Source of the DNA: an uncultured Schlesneria sp.
GTDB taxonomy: Bacteria; Planctomycetota; Planctomycetia; Planctomycetales; Planctomycetaceae
Length of the DNA: 64,000 nt
Direction of reading: 5' to 3'
Assembly: GCA_903858935.1 (NCBI GenBank)
Contig: CAIOKO010000070.1
Location: 14,003 to 78,002, forward strand
Below, in pieces: positions 56,320-64,000 of this stretch. Numbering within the stretch: the stretch's first letter is position 1; every line of letters starts with the position of its first letter. The translations under genes and the position numbers were made by a program. A model generated the notes under the pieces. It ran no database searches. It worked only from the letters and a program-made list of their open reading frames with translations, and was not told where the DNA came from.

Positions 56320-58104
56320 ATGTCGCATCAATCCCTCATTTACCTGATTGTGACCCTTGTCTTATTTTCCGGCGTCAGTCGAGCTGAAATTAAACCGGAT
56401 TTCCTGATGGACTCCGACCCCAAGTTTGATCGCTTGTCGCCAGTCAAGAAATCGATGCCGGAACACATACGGCTTTGGATTGAAGTTCTCGCTCGTCCTG
56501 AGATCGATTATCAGCGGATGGCTGCTGAATCAATCGCTTTTGCACATCAGAAAGGAATCCCGGACTTGATCGAGGCGGTTCCAGCCCTCGAAACGGTTTT
56601 GACCGCTGAGTCGTCCCATCCTTCGGCGCGCTACGCAGCCGCACGGGCACTGATCGTGCTCGAATCGCGCAGTTCGTCTGAAAAACTGTTTGATGTCTCA
56701 CAGAAACATGGTTCGGAACTCAGGCAACTGATCGAACCGGCCTTAGCGGCATGGGATTATCTTCCAATTCGTTCCGTTTGGAAAAAGCGTCTGGAGACCA
56801 GGGAAACCCGGCCGCAAGATTTGATTCTGGCGACTCGCGGAATTCGCCGCGTCCGTGAAACATCGGCGTTGGCCACGTTGCAACAGATGACGCTCAACTT
56901 TATTCAAACACCGGAAATTCGCCTTGAAGCGGCATCAGCTGCCGGGGAGCTGGCCGAAACAGGACTTGAAGCCGATGCCGATCGGCTGGTGCAGGAAACA
57001 CGCACATCTTCGACGATCAATCGTCACTGTGCGCTCCGTTTACTCGCGCGGCATACGAGCGAAACAACACTTAAACTTCTGGCTGAACGCGCAACAGACC
57101 CCGAACCCTCAGTCGCCGCTGCCGCGCTGAAGCGGCTGAACCAGATTGATTCGACTCTCGTACTGCCGTTCGTTGAACTCGCACTACAGAACAAAGATGT
57201 GAACGTTCGCACTCAAGCCGCACTCGCGTATATTAAGCTTCCAACGAAGGACCGAATCCGCACTCTCGCTGAGTTATTGGACGATCCTGTTCCGGATCTG
57301 CGAAGACAAGTCTGCACAGAGCTTTCTCGTATCGCAAAGCAGCCGGAGTTTGAAGAAACGATTCAATCTGCCGCGATGGAAATTCTATCGCGAGATCGTT
57401 GGCGAGGTCAGGAGCAATCCGCGCTGCTGCTCGGCGAATTAGGACACAAACCTTCGTGGAAACGAATGACCGAACTGCTGGAATCATCACGTCCAGAAGT
57501 GATGATCGGGTCGGCCTGGGGCCTGCGTAAAATCGCAGATCCCGAGTCGATTCCAGCGATCGTTGACAAAATTCGGCGGCAGACCGAGGTCAGAAAGACA
57601 AATCAGTCCGCTGAGATCGACCTTCAAGTTGCCCATCTTTTTGAAGCATGCGCTCGAATGCTGGCGAAAGAAGCCGAGCCTGAGATGTTAGTTTACGTTC
57701 CCAAAAACCTGATGAATGGAGAACGTTCTCGTTGCTGCGCCATTTGGGCATTGGGGTGGTTGTACGCCGGCAAACCAGATCGATCGATTGGGCGTCAACT
57801 GATCGAGCGTGTGAACGATAATTCGATGCCTCCGGTCGAAAATCTACTTGTTAAAAGAATTTGTATCGTTTCTCTGGGTCGGATGAAGGCCGTCGATTAC
57901 GCAGCTGAGTTTCGGCAGAAACTGGGAAAAAAGCCGTCAAATGACACGTACTCGTTGACCTTGCAATGGGCACTGACTCAAATGACCGGAGAAGAATTCC
58001 CCGACGTACCTCCCGAATTGGCTGGTATTGGAGGTTGGTTCCTTGATCCAATCCCATCAAAAGTCACATCAGCGAACGATGATCCGGCCAACCTGCAACC
58101 GTAA
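56320..58104 (+). CDS. HEAT repeat protein with N-terminal signal peptide
   Basis: Multiple HEAT-like units (R.AAARAL, D.EP.V..AAL, LLDDP.PD.RR, SAWGL). Confidence 0.82.
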   Translation: MSHQSLIYLIVTLVLFSGVSRAEIKPDFLMDSDPKFDRLSPVKKSMPEHIRLWIEVLARPEIDYQRMAAESIAFAHQKGIPDLIEAVPALETVLTAESSHPSARYAAARALIVLESRSSSEKLFDVSQKHGSELRQLIEPALAAWDYLPIRSVWKKRLETRETRPQDLILATRGIRRVRETSALATLQQMTLNFIQTPEIRLEAASAAGELAETGLEADADRLVQETRTSSTINRHCALRLLARHTSETTLKLLAERATDPEPSVAAAALKRLNQIDSTLVLPFVELALQNKDVNVRTQAALAYIKLPTKDRIRTLAELLDDPVPDLRRQVCTELSRIAKQPEFEETIQSAAMEILSRDRWRGQEQSALLLGELGHKPSWKRMTELLESSRPEVMIGSAWGLRKIADPESIPAIVDKIRRQTEVRKTNQSAEIDLQVAHLFEACARMLAKEAEPEMLVYVPKNLMNGERSRCCAIWALGWLYAGKPDRSIGRQLIERVNDNSMPPVENLLVKRICIVSLGRMKAVDYAAEFRQKLGKKPSNDTYSLTLQWALTQMTGEEFPDVPPELAGIGGWFLDPIPSKVTSANDDPANLQP

Positions 58105-58199
58105 AAACCCGAATGCCCGATTGTTGTGCAAATTTGGGAATTCACGCCTGGTTCCATGTATCGAAACCCTAACATGAAGGTTTCGGTAGACTCATTGCG

Positions 58200-58228
58200 T
58201 TGCAGTTTGCCGGGACCGTTCCTAGAAT
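58200..58228 (+). promoter_or_regulatory. Putative sigma70 promoter of nuo operon TTGCAG-N17-TAGAAT
   Basis: Near-consensus boxes ~110 bp upstream of nuoA. Confidence 0.45.
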
Positions 58229-58336
58229 CCCGAGCCTGACGGCGGTTGTGGCTCGAATCTTGCGATTCAACACGAACTGCTGTTCTGGTCGCCGCTCCGT
58301 CGGGCGTCCATCCGCGAAAGTCAGAGGCTGAAACGT

Positions 58337-58732
58337 ATGGAAAGTTCGTATCCGATATTGTTGTTTGTTGCGGTCCTGATTGGGTTCGTTATTACGAACT
58401 TGATCATTATTCACATTGTCGGGCCCCGCAAAAAAACGGCTGTGAAACAGATGCCGTACGAATCGGGCATGGACCCGGTTGGTGATGCCCGTCAGCCATT
58501 TGATGTCAAGTTTTATCTCGTCGCAATTCTGTTTCTTGTGTTCGACGTCGAATTGCTGTTCCTGTATCCATGGGCCGTTTCCGCTTACCTTGACGACCCA
58601 TTAAGAGCTAATCAAATAGGCGTTCCGGTTGAATTACGAGGCACTGTCTTCGCAGTGATGCTGGTTTTTATGGCCACACTTGCGATTGCTTATATTTATG
58701 CGTGGCGCAAAGGGGTCTTCCGATGGCGATGA
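58337..58732 (+). CDS. nuoA: NADH-quinone oxidoreductase subunit A
   Basis: [32 protein letters not shown]. Confidence 0.97.
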   Translation: MESSYPILLFVAVLIGFVITNLIIIHIVGPRKKTAVKQMPYESGMDPVGDARQPFDVKFYLVAILFLVFDVELLFLYPWAVSAYLDDPLRANQIGVPVELRGTVFAVMLVFMATLAIAYIYAWRKGVFRWR

Positions 58733-59298
58733 AAGACGTTCCTGACAATATTTTTATGACCAGCCTTGATGCAGCGGCAAGCTGGGCTCGATCCAACAGT
58801 CTCTGGCCAATGCCGTTTGCGACCGCTTGTTGCGGTATCGAATTGATGGCGACCGCCTCTTCACGGTTTGACCTCGCTCGATTCGGGGCAGAAGTCATGC
58901 GATTCAGCCCTCGACAATGCGATCTGATGATTGTCGCGGGTCGTGTCGTCATGAAGATGTTGCCCGTTCTGCAGCGAATCTGGCTGCAAATGCCTGAGCC
59001 GAAGTGGTGCATCAGCATGGGTGCCTGTGCCTGTACGGGTGGCGTTTTTGATACTTACGCGGTTGTGCAGGGTGTGGATCGATTTATCCCGGTTGATTTG
59101 TACGTTCCCGGTTGCCCACCTCGACCGGAACAACTGATGGCCGGAATCATCGCTTTGCAGGACAAGATTAAGCACGGGGGGACGCTGAACGGAACAGAAT
59201 TTGGAAAGCGAACTCAACCCACCGGACCGACTCCTTATGATCTCGACGAATTGATTCGAATTCGAGAAGCGAACGAAAAATTGATTTCCATCAATTGA
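58723..59298 (+). CDS. nuoB: NADH-quinone oxidoreductase subunit B
   Basis: [23 protein letters not shown]. Confidence 0.98.
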   Translation: MAMKDVPDNIFMTSLDAAASWARSNSLWPMPFATACCGIELMATASSRFDLARFGAEVMRFSPRQCDLMIVAGRVVMKMLPVLQRIWLQMPEPKWCISMGACACTGGVFDTYAVVQGVDRFIPVDLYVPGCPPRPEQLMAGIIALQDKIKHGGTLNGTEFGKRTQPTGPTPYDLDELIRIREANEKLISIN

Positions 59299-59396
59299 GT
59301 GAAAATAACAGGACGAGCTCCAGGCCATGAATTGCACAGGGACGCTGAGTCCCCGGTGTCCAGAATAATCCTCGCAGCTAAAGTTGATTAAACACC

Positions 59397-59891
59397 ATGT
59401 CTGCTGAAGATGCATTGAAGTCAAAGTTTGATGGCGGAGAACTGGCTTTCAGTCAGTTCCGCGATAATCATCGCATTGTGGTGCCTGCTGCAAAACTGTT
59501 CGAGGTTCTCGCGTTTCTTAAAAACGAACAGAATTTTGACATGCTTGCCGAGGTCACAGCCGTTGATTACCTCGAATATGAGGGTGCCAAAGACCGGTTT
59601 GGGGTTGTGTACGTTATTGTCTGTACGAAATCTGGCGAACGCCTGGTCATTAAGACGTTCGTCAACGATCCAGAGCCTCTGTTGCCGTCTGTTTATTCGT
59701 TGTGGAAATCAGCGGACTGGCTGGAACGTGAAGTTTACGACATGTTCGGAATTCGATTTTCAGGACATCCTGACCTGCGACGGATTCTGACTCCCGATGA
59801 ATTTACTGCCTACCCGTTGCGAAAAGACTATCCACTGAAGGGGCGCGGTGAGCGACATAACTTCCCCGTACTGACCCGAGCGGAAAGTTGA
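59397..59891 (+). CDS. nuoC: NADH-quinone oxidoreductase subunit C
   Basis: [30 protein letters not shown]. Confidence 0.97.
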   Translation: MSAEDALKSKFDGGELAFSQFRDNHRIVVPAAKLFEVLAFLKNEQNFDMLAEVTAVDYLEYEGAKDRFGVVYVIVCTKSGERLVIKTFVNDPEPLLPSVYSLWKSADWLEREVYDMFGIRFSGHPDLRRILTPDEFTAYPLRKDYPLKGRGERHNFPVLTRAES

Positions 59892-59989
59892 TCAATCGTA
59901 TTTATCTGGCAGCCTTTTGAATAAATCTCAGGGCTGCCAGTCGATTTTGTTGTTGGTTTACATCATTTATCACCGTCCAAGAGACGATC

Positions 59990-61210
59990 ATGCCTTTTGA
60001 AGTTTCCGATCTCGCAGAACTGGATGCTCCTGACAAGGAATATCTCTGGACGCTCAACTTTGGGCCACAGCATCCGGCGACGCATACCACGTTGCGATTG
60101 ATCCTGACACTGGATGGTGAGACCGTTGTCAATGCGGTCCCGCATATCGGATACCTGCACTCCGGATTTGAAAAGCTGGGTGAACACCTCGATTTCAACC
60201 AGTATGTGACGATCGTCGACCGGATGAATTATATCTCGCCGCTGCATAACGAGATCTCGTGGCATCATGCCGTCGAAAAGCTGCTTGGGATCGAGCTGAC
60301 TCCGCGCTGCAAGTACCTGCGAACGATCCTGGCCGAGTTAATGCGGATTCAGGATCACCTGCTGAACACAGGAACGTGCGCCCTGGATTTGGGCGGCTTT
60401 ACGGCGTTCCTGTACTTCTTCCAGCAGCGTGAACTGATTTACGACATCGTTGAAACAGCTTCCGGACAGCGATTTCACACCAGTTATACGCGTGTTGGCG
60501 GCGTCGCATTTGATGTCAACAACGCCTGGGTCAACAAAGTTCGCAGCTTTGTCAAAGGCTTTGCTGCGGTACACGCCGAAGTCCATCGCCTGCTGACACG
60601 TAATCGAATTTTTATCGAGCGGGTCAAAGGGATCGGATACCTGAGTGCCGAAGATTGTATCAACATGGGAGTGACGGGGCCTTTGGCGCGAGCCAGCGGT
60701 GTCTTGCGAGATCTTCGTAAAGACGAACCGTATCTCGCGTACCCGGATCTCGATTTCAAAGTTGTCGCGGCAAAAGATGGTGACTGTTACGCTCGATATC
60801 TCGTTCGTATGCAAGAGATGGTCGAAAGTATCAAGATCATCGAGCAGTGCATTGAAAATATTCCTGAAGGTCCGGTGAATGTGGACGCAGGGAGCAAAGC
60901 GGTCATCCCTGCCAAGCCGTCGGTCTACCGCAGTATTGAAGGACTGATTCAGCACTTTGAAGTGATGATGCCCAACCGTGGGTTTCCCACGCCAAAAGAA
61001 GAGATCTATGCGGCGACGGAATCGCCCAACGGTGAACTGGGGTATTACATTGTCAGTGATGGAACTCCGCGGGCTTATCGGGCACGAACCCGTCCGCCAA
61101 GTTACATTCACTTCGCCGTGTTCCCTCAAATTATTAAGAATCATCAGCTGAGCGACGTCGTCGCGGTACTTGGCAGCTTGAATATTATCGCAGCGGAATT
61201 GGATCGATAA
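59990..61210 (+). CDS. nuoD: NADH-quinone oxidoreductase subunit D
   Basis: NFGPQHPATH..LRL, GYLHSGFEK, DRMNY, ESPNGELG, DVVAVLGSL. Confidence 0.98.
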   Translation: MPFEVSDLAELDAPDKEYLWTLNFGPQHPATHTTLRLILTLDGETVVNAVPHIGYLHSGFEKLGEHLDFNQYVTIVDRMNYISPLHNEISWHHAVEKLLGIELTPRCKYLRTILAELMRIQDHLLNTGTCALDLGGFTAFLYFFQQRELIYDIVETASGQRFHTSYTRVGGVAFDVNNAWVNKVRSFVKGFAAVHAEVHRLLTRNRIFIERVKGIGYLSAEDCINMGVTGPLARASGVLRDLRKDEPYLAYPDLDFKVVAAKDGDCYARYLVRMQEMVESIKIIEQCIENIPEGPVNVDAGSKAVIPAKPSVYRSIEGLIQHFEVMMPNRGFPTPKEEIYAATESPNGELGYYIVSDGTPRAYRARTRPPSYIHFAVFPQIIKNHQLSDVVAVLGSLNIIAAELDR

Positions 61211-61356
61211 TTCGTTGGATTGACCGAAGGAAAAACAGTTCGAATAAGTCATGACGAACCTGCTGGTGTAAGCCTCAGGAATTCGCGGCGAAACAAACAA
61301 TCCGGGAGGGTGGAATTCGCCTGACTGGATACCGAAAACGTGAAAAGAGAGAACCG

Positions 61357-61830
61357 ATGGGCGTGCTGAGCGAGGAACTGCGAGACCAGATTCGGGCGCA
61401 GTTTCCGAACTATCCGAATAAGCGTGCGGTCGTCTTGCCTGCCTTGCATCTTGTGCAGGATGCGCAGCGACACGTCTCAATCGAAGCTGTGCGTGAAATC
61501 GCCGAGTTGCTCGAACTGCATCCGTCGGAAGTCCACGACACGATGTCGTTCTACCAGTTCTTCAAAGACGAAAAACACAAACTGGGTAAGCATCGGGTCT
61601 GGGTCTGTCGAAGCATCAGCTGCATGTTGCGTGGTGGAGAAGAACTGCTGCAGCATATGTGTGAAAAGCTGCATGTGCACCCGGGACAGACCTCTGCGGA
61701 TGGCAAGGTCACCATGGAATTCGCGGAATGCCTGGGAGCGTGCGATGGAGCTCCGTGTATCCTGGTTGACGACGAAGCTCATATGAATATCACGCCTGAG
61801 AAAGCGGACGAACTTTTGAAGTCCCTGTGA
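61357..61830 (+). CDS. nuoE: NADH-quinone oxidoreductase subunit E
   Basis: VCRSISC, ECLGACDGAP 2Fe-2S ligands. Confidence 0.97.
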   Translation: MGVLSEELRDQIRAQFPNYPNKRAVVLPALHLVQDAQRHVSIEAVREIAELLELHPSEVHDTMSFYQFFKDEKHKLGKHRVWVCRSISCMLRGGEELLQHMCEKLHVHPGQTSADGKVTMEFAECLGACDGAPCILVDDEAHMNITPEKADELLKSL

Positions 61831-61928
61831 TAAGTCTGATACTGTAAAAAACCTGATGATGCCGGTCGATCGCTGCAAAAACACGAAGTACCAAACACTG
61901 CGAAGACGATTACACAACGAAAAAGACC

Positions 61929-63263
61929 ATGTCTACTTTTGAACCTACACTACTGGCGCGGATCAGCAAAACCGATAGTCAGTTGCTTGAAACCTATCGG
62001 CGTGATGGTGGCTATGAGGGCTTTAAAAAAGCTCTTGGAATGGCACCGGTCGATGTCATCAATCTTGTTAAGGATTCCGGGCTGCGGGGTCGCGGTGGTG
62101 CGGGATTTCCCACCGGACTCAAGTGGACCTTCCTCCCTAAAGATCATCCGGGTCCGATCTATCTCGCCATCAATGGCGACGAGTCTGAACCTGCGACGTT
62201 CAACAATCGCATTCTGATGGAACAAGATCCGCATCAGGTTCTGGAAGGGATTGCGATCAGTTGTTACGCAATCAAGTCAAAGAAAGCCTATATTTATTTG
62301 CGTTATGAATACGGTCGCAGCTATCGCGCACTGAAGAAGGCGATCGAGGAATGCTACGCCGCCGGACTGTTCGGCAAAAACATTCATGGTACCGGGTTTG
62401 ATCTCGACGTGGTGCTGCATCGCGGCGCGGCAGCTTATATTTGTGGCGAAGAAACGGGACTGATTGAAAGCCTGGAAGGAAAACGAGCCTGGCCTCGAAT
62501 CAAGCCACCTTTTCCCGCCATTGAAGGCCTGTTCCGCAAGCCAACAATTGTTAACAACATCGAAACGATGGCTTGTGTCAAACAGATTCTTGACCGCGGT
62601 GCCGACTGGTTCAAAAGCATGGGTGTTCCCCCCGACCCCAGTAATCCTCGCGATGCCGGCAGCTACGGACCAAAACTCTACTGTATCAGCGGACACGTGA
62701 ATAAGCCGGGCTGCGTTGAACTTCCCATGGGGATCACAGCGCGACAATTGATCGATGAGCATGGTGGTGGTGTCTGGAAGGGCCGAAAAGCGAAAGCAGT
62801 GGTTCCTGGTGGAATCAGTATGGGCTTTCTTTCAGCCAGCGAACTTGACACTCCGCTCGATTTCAATGGTCCTGGTAAAGTGGGTTGCCTTGGTTTGGGG
62901 ACTGCGGCAATTACTGTCATTGATGACCATACGAGTATGGTCGACGTGCTGTTCAATTGCGCTCGATTCTTCGCTCATGAATCTTGCGGTCAATGCACTC
63001 CGTGTCGCGAGGGGACCGCGTGGATGCACAAGATTCTCGCCAGAATCCGCATGGGAGAAGGTCAATCCCGAGACCTTGATTTGCTCACCGAAGTTGCGTC
63101 TTCGATGGGGATCATCCCAGGCACGACAATTTGCGGCCTGTCCGACGGGGCCGCCTGGCCGATTAAAAACGCGATTAAGAAATTCCGAAGCGAGTTTGAA
63201 GAGTACATCCAGACCGGTCGCAAGACGGTCAAGCCATCCGATGCACTGATGGAAGTGCATTGA
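61929..63263 (+). CDS. nuoF: NADH-quinone oxidoreductase subunit F
   Basis: GLRGRGGAGFPTG.KW, DESEP, YICGEETG, ESCGQCTPCREG. Confidence 0.98.
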   Translation: MSTFEPTLLARISKTDSQLLETYRRDGGYEGFKKALGMAPVDVINLVKDSGLRGRGGAGFPTGLKWTFLPKDHPGPIYLAINGDESEPATFNNRILMEQDPHQVLEGIAISCYAIKSKKAYIYLRYEYGRSYRALKKAIEECYAAGLFGKNIHGTGFDLDVVLHRGAAAYICGEETGLIESLEGKRAWPRIKPPFPAIEGLFRKPTIVNNIETMACVKQILDRGADWFKSMGVPPDPSNPRDAGSYGPKLYCISGHVNKPGCVELPMGITARQLIDEHGGGVWKGRKAKAVVPGGISMGFLSASELDTPLDFNGPGKVGCLGLGTAAITVIDDHTSMVDVLFNCARFFAHESCGQCTPCREGTAWMHKILARIRMGEGQSRDLDLLTEVASSMGIIPGTTICGLSDGAAWPIKNAIKKFRSEFEEYIQTGRKTVKPSDALMEVH

Positions 63264-63328
63264 TCATTGAAATGGTCGGTTCGACGCGACAGAGTTTTTT
63301 TACACTAGCAATAAACCACTGATTGCCC

Positions 63329-64000
63329 ATGCCAACCGTCATTGTAAACAATAAGCCGGTCGAGATTGGTCCTTCCGAGAAGCTCAACTGCATTCAAGCA
63401 GCCGAGCGTGCGGGGGATACGATCCCGAGTTACTGTTGGCATCACGACCTGTCCGTGGTTGCCAGTTGCCGTATGTGCCTGGTCGAAGTTGGCGAGAAAA
63501 AGCCAGACGGCACGATAGCCATGCAGCCAAAGCTTTCACCCGGTTGTCAGACCCCGGTGAAAGATGGCACGGTGATCGTTTCCAACAGCGAAAAGGTTCT
63601 TGCCGCTCAAAAGGCGACACTGGAATACCTGCTGCTGAATCACCCGCTCGACTGCCCCGTCTGCGATCAGGCCGGGGAGTGCGGGTTACAGGACTACAGC
63701 TACAAATACGGGCGTGGCTACAGCCGTCTGCAAGAACCCAAGAATATTAAACCCGATAAAGACTATATCGGCGACCAGATTACGCTGTTCACTGATCGCT
63801 GTATCATGTGTACCCGCTGCGTCCGCTTCACTCGTGAGATCAGCGGAACGGCAGAGATGCAGGTGGTCAGCCGGGGAACACACGAAGAAATTGACATCTT
63901 CCCGGGTGAGCCCTGCAACAATAAACTGGCCGGCAACGTCGTCGATCTCTGTCCGGTCGGTGCTCTTTGCAGCAAGGATTTCCTGTACCAGCAACGGGTC
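63329..64000 (+). CDS. nuoG: NADH-quinone oxidoreductase subunit G (5' part, runs off the window; absent from ORF track)
   Basis: MPTVIVNNK…YCWH…ASCRMCLVE…HPLDCPVCDQAGECGLQD…RCIMCTRCVRF…DLCPVGAL. Confidence 0.97.
   Translation, partial: MPTVIVNNKPVEIGPSEKLNCIQAAERAGDTIPSYCWHHDLSVVASCRMCLVEVGEKKPDGTIAMQPKLSPGCQTPVKDGTVIVSNSEKVLAAQKATLEYLLLNHPLDCPVCDQAGECGLQDYSYKYGRGYSRLQEPKNIKPDKDYIGDQITLFTDRCIMCTRCVRFTREISGTAEMQVVSRGTHEEIDIFPGEPCNNKLAGNVVDLCPVGALCSKDFLYQQRV

Noticed and set aside
60338-61480. 380-aa antisense ORF over nuoD, and similar long antisense ORFs over other real genes
   Set aside because: Antisense shadows of conserved genes in a moderately GC-rich genome; no recognisable motifs
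1-64000. tRNA, rRNA, integrase, transposase, defence or phage genes
   Set aside because: None recognised by eye on either strand; a tRNAscan/Rfam/DefenseFinder run would be needed to exclude them formally

Overview
64-kb bacterial chromosome segment. I infer Planctomycetota (Planctomycetaceae, possibly Schlesneria-like) from the BatA/vWA, DUF2293, HEAT-repeat and Cys-rich secreted genes and from the style of the intergenic palindromic repeats; no database search was run. The left part (~1-27 kb) is an accessory patchwork of small regulator-plus-redox/detox modules. These include MarR with a QueG/RdhA-like Fe-S protein fused to SCP2 and an ICMT-like methyltransferase; a Cys4-GAF sigma54 activator with AhpD and DUF1348; TetR with a YdhR-like gene, a SnoaL-hydrolase fusion and an SDR; two cupins; and HxlR with a quinone-reductase operon. 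This part carries several pseudogene scars and three copies of a ~175-bp GTAG-type REPIN. The right part (27-64 kb) is mostly core: BatA/vWA, GT2, a putative glycoside hydrolase, mnmA, a Fur-family regulator, rhaB, an M20 peptidase, asnS, a 13%-Cys secreted HEAT protein, an ABC exporter module, and nuoABCDEF plus partial nuoG. I found no rRNA, tRNA, CRISPR array, integrase or transposase. The most interesting candidates are the Cys-rich envelope-like protein, the MarR/QueG-SCP2/ICMT operon, the Cys4-GAF sigma54 regulon, and the REPIN family with a covarying internal stem.
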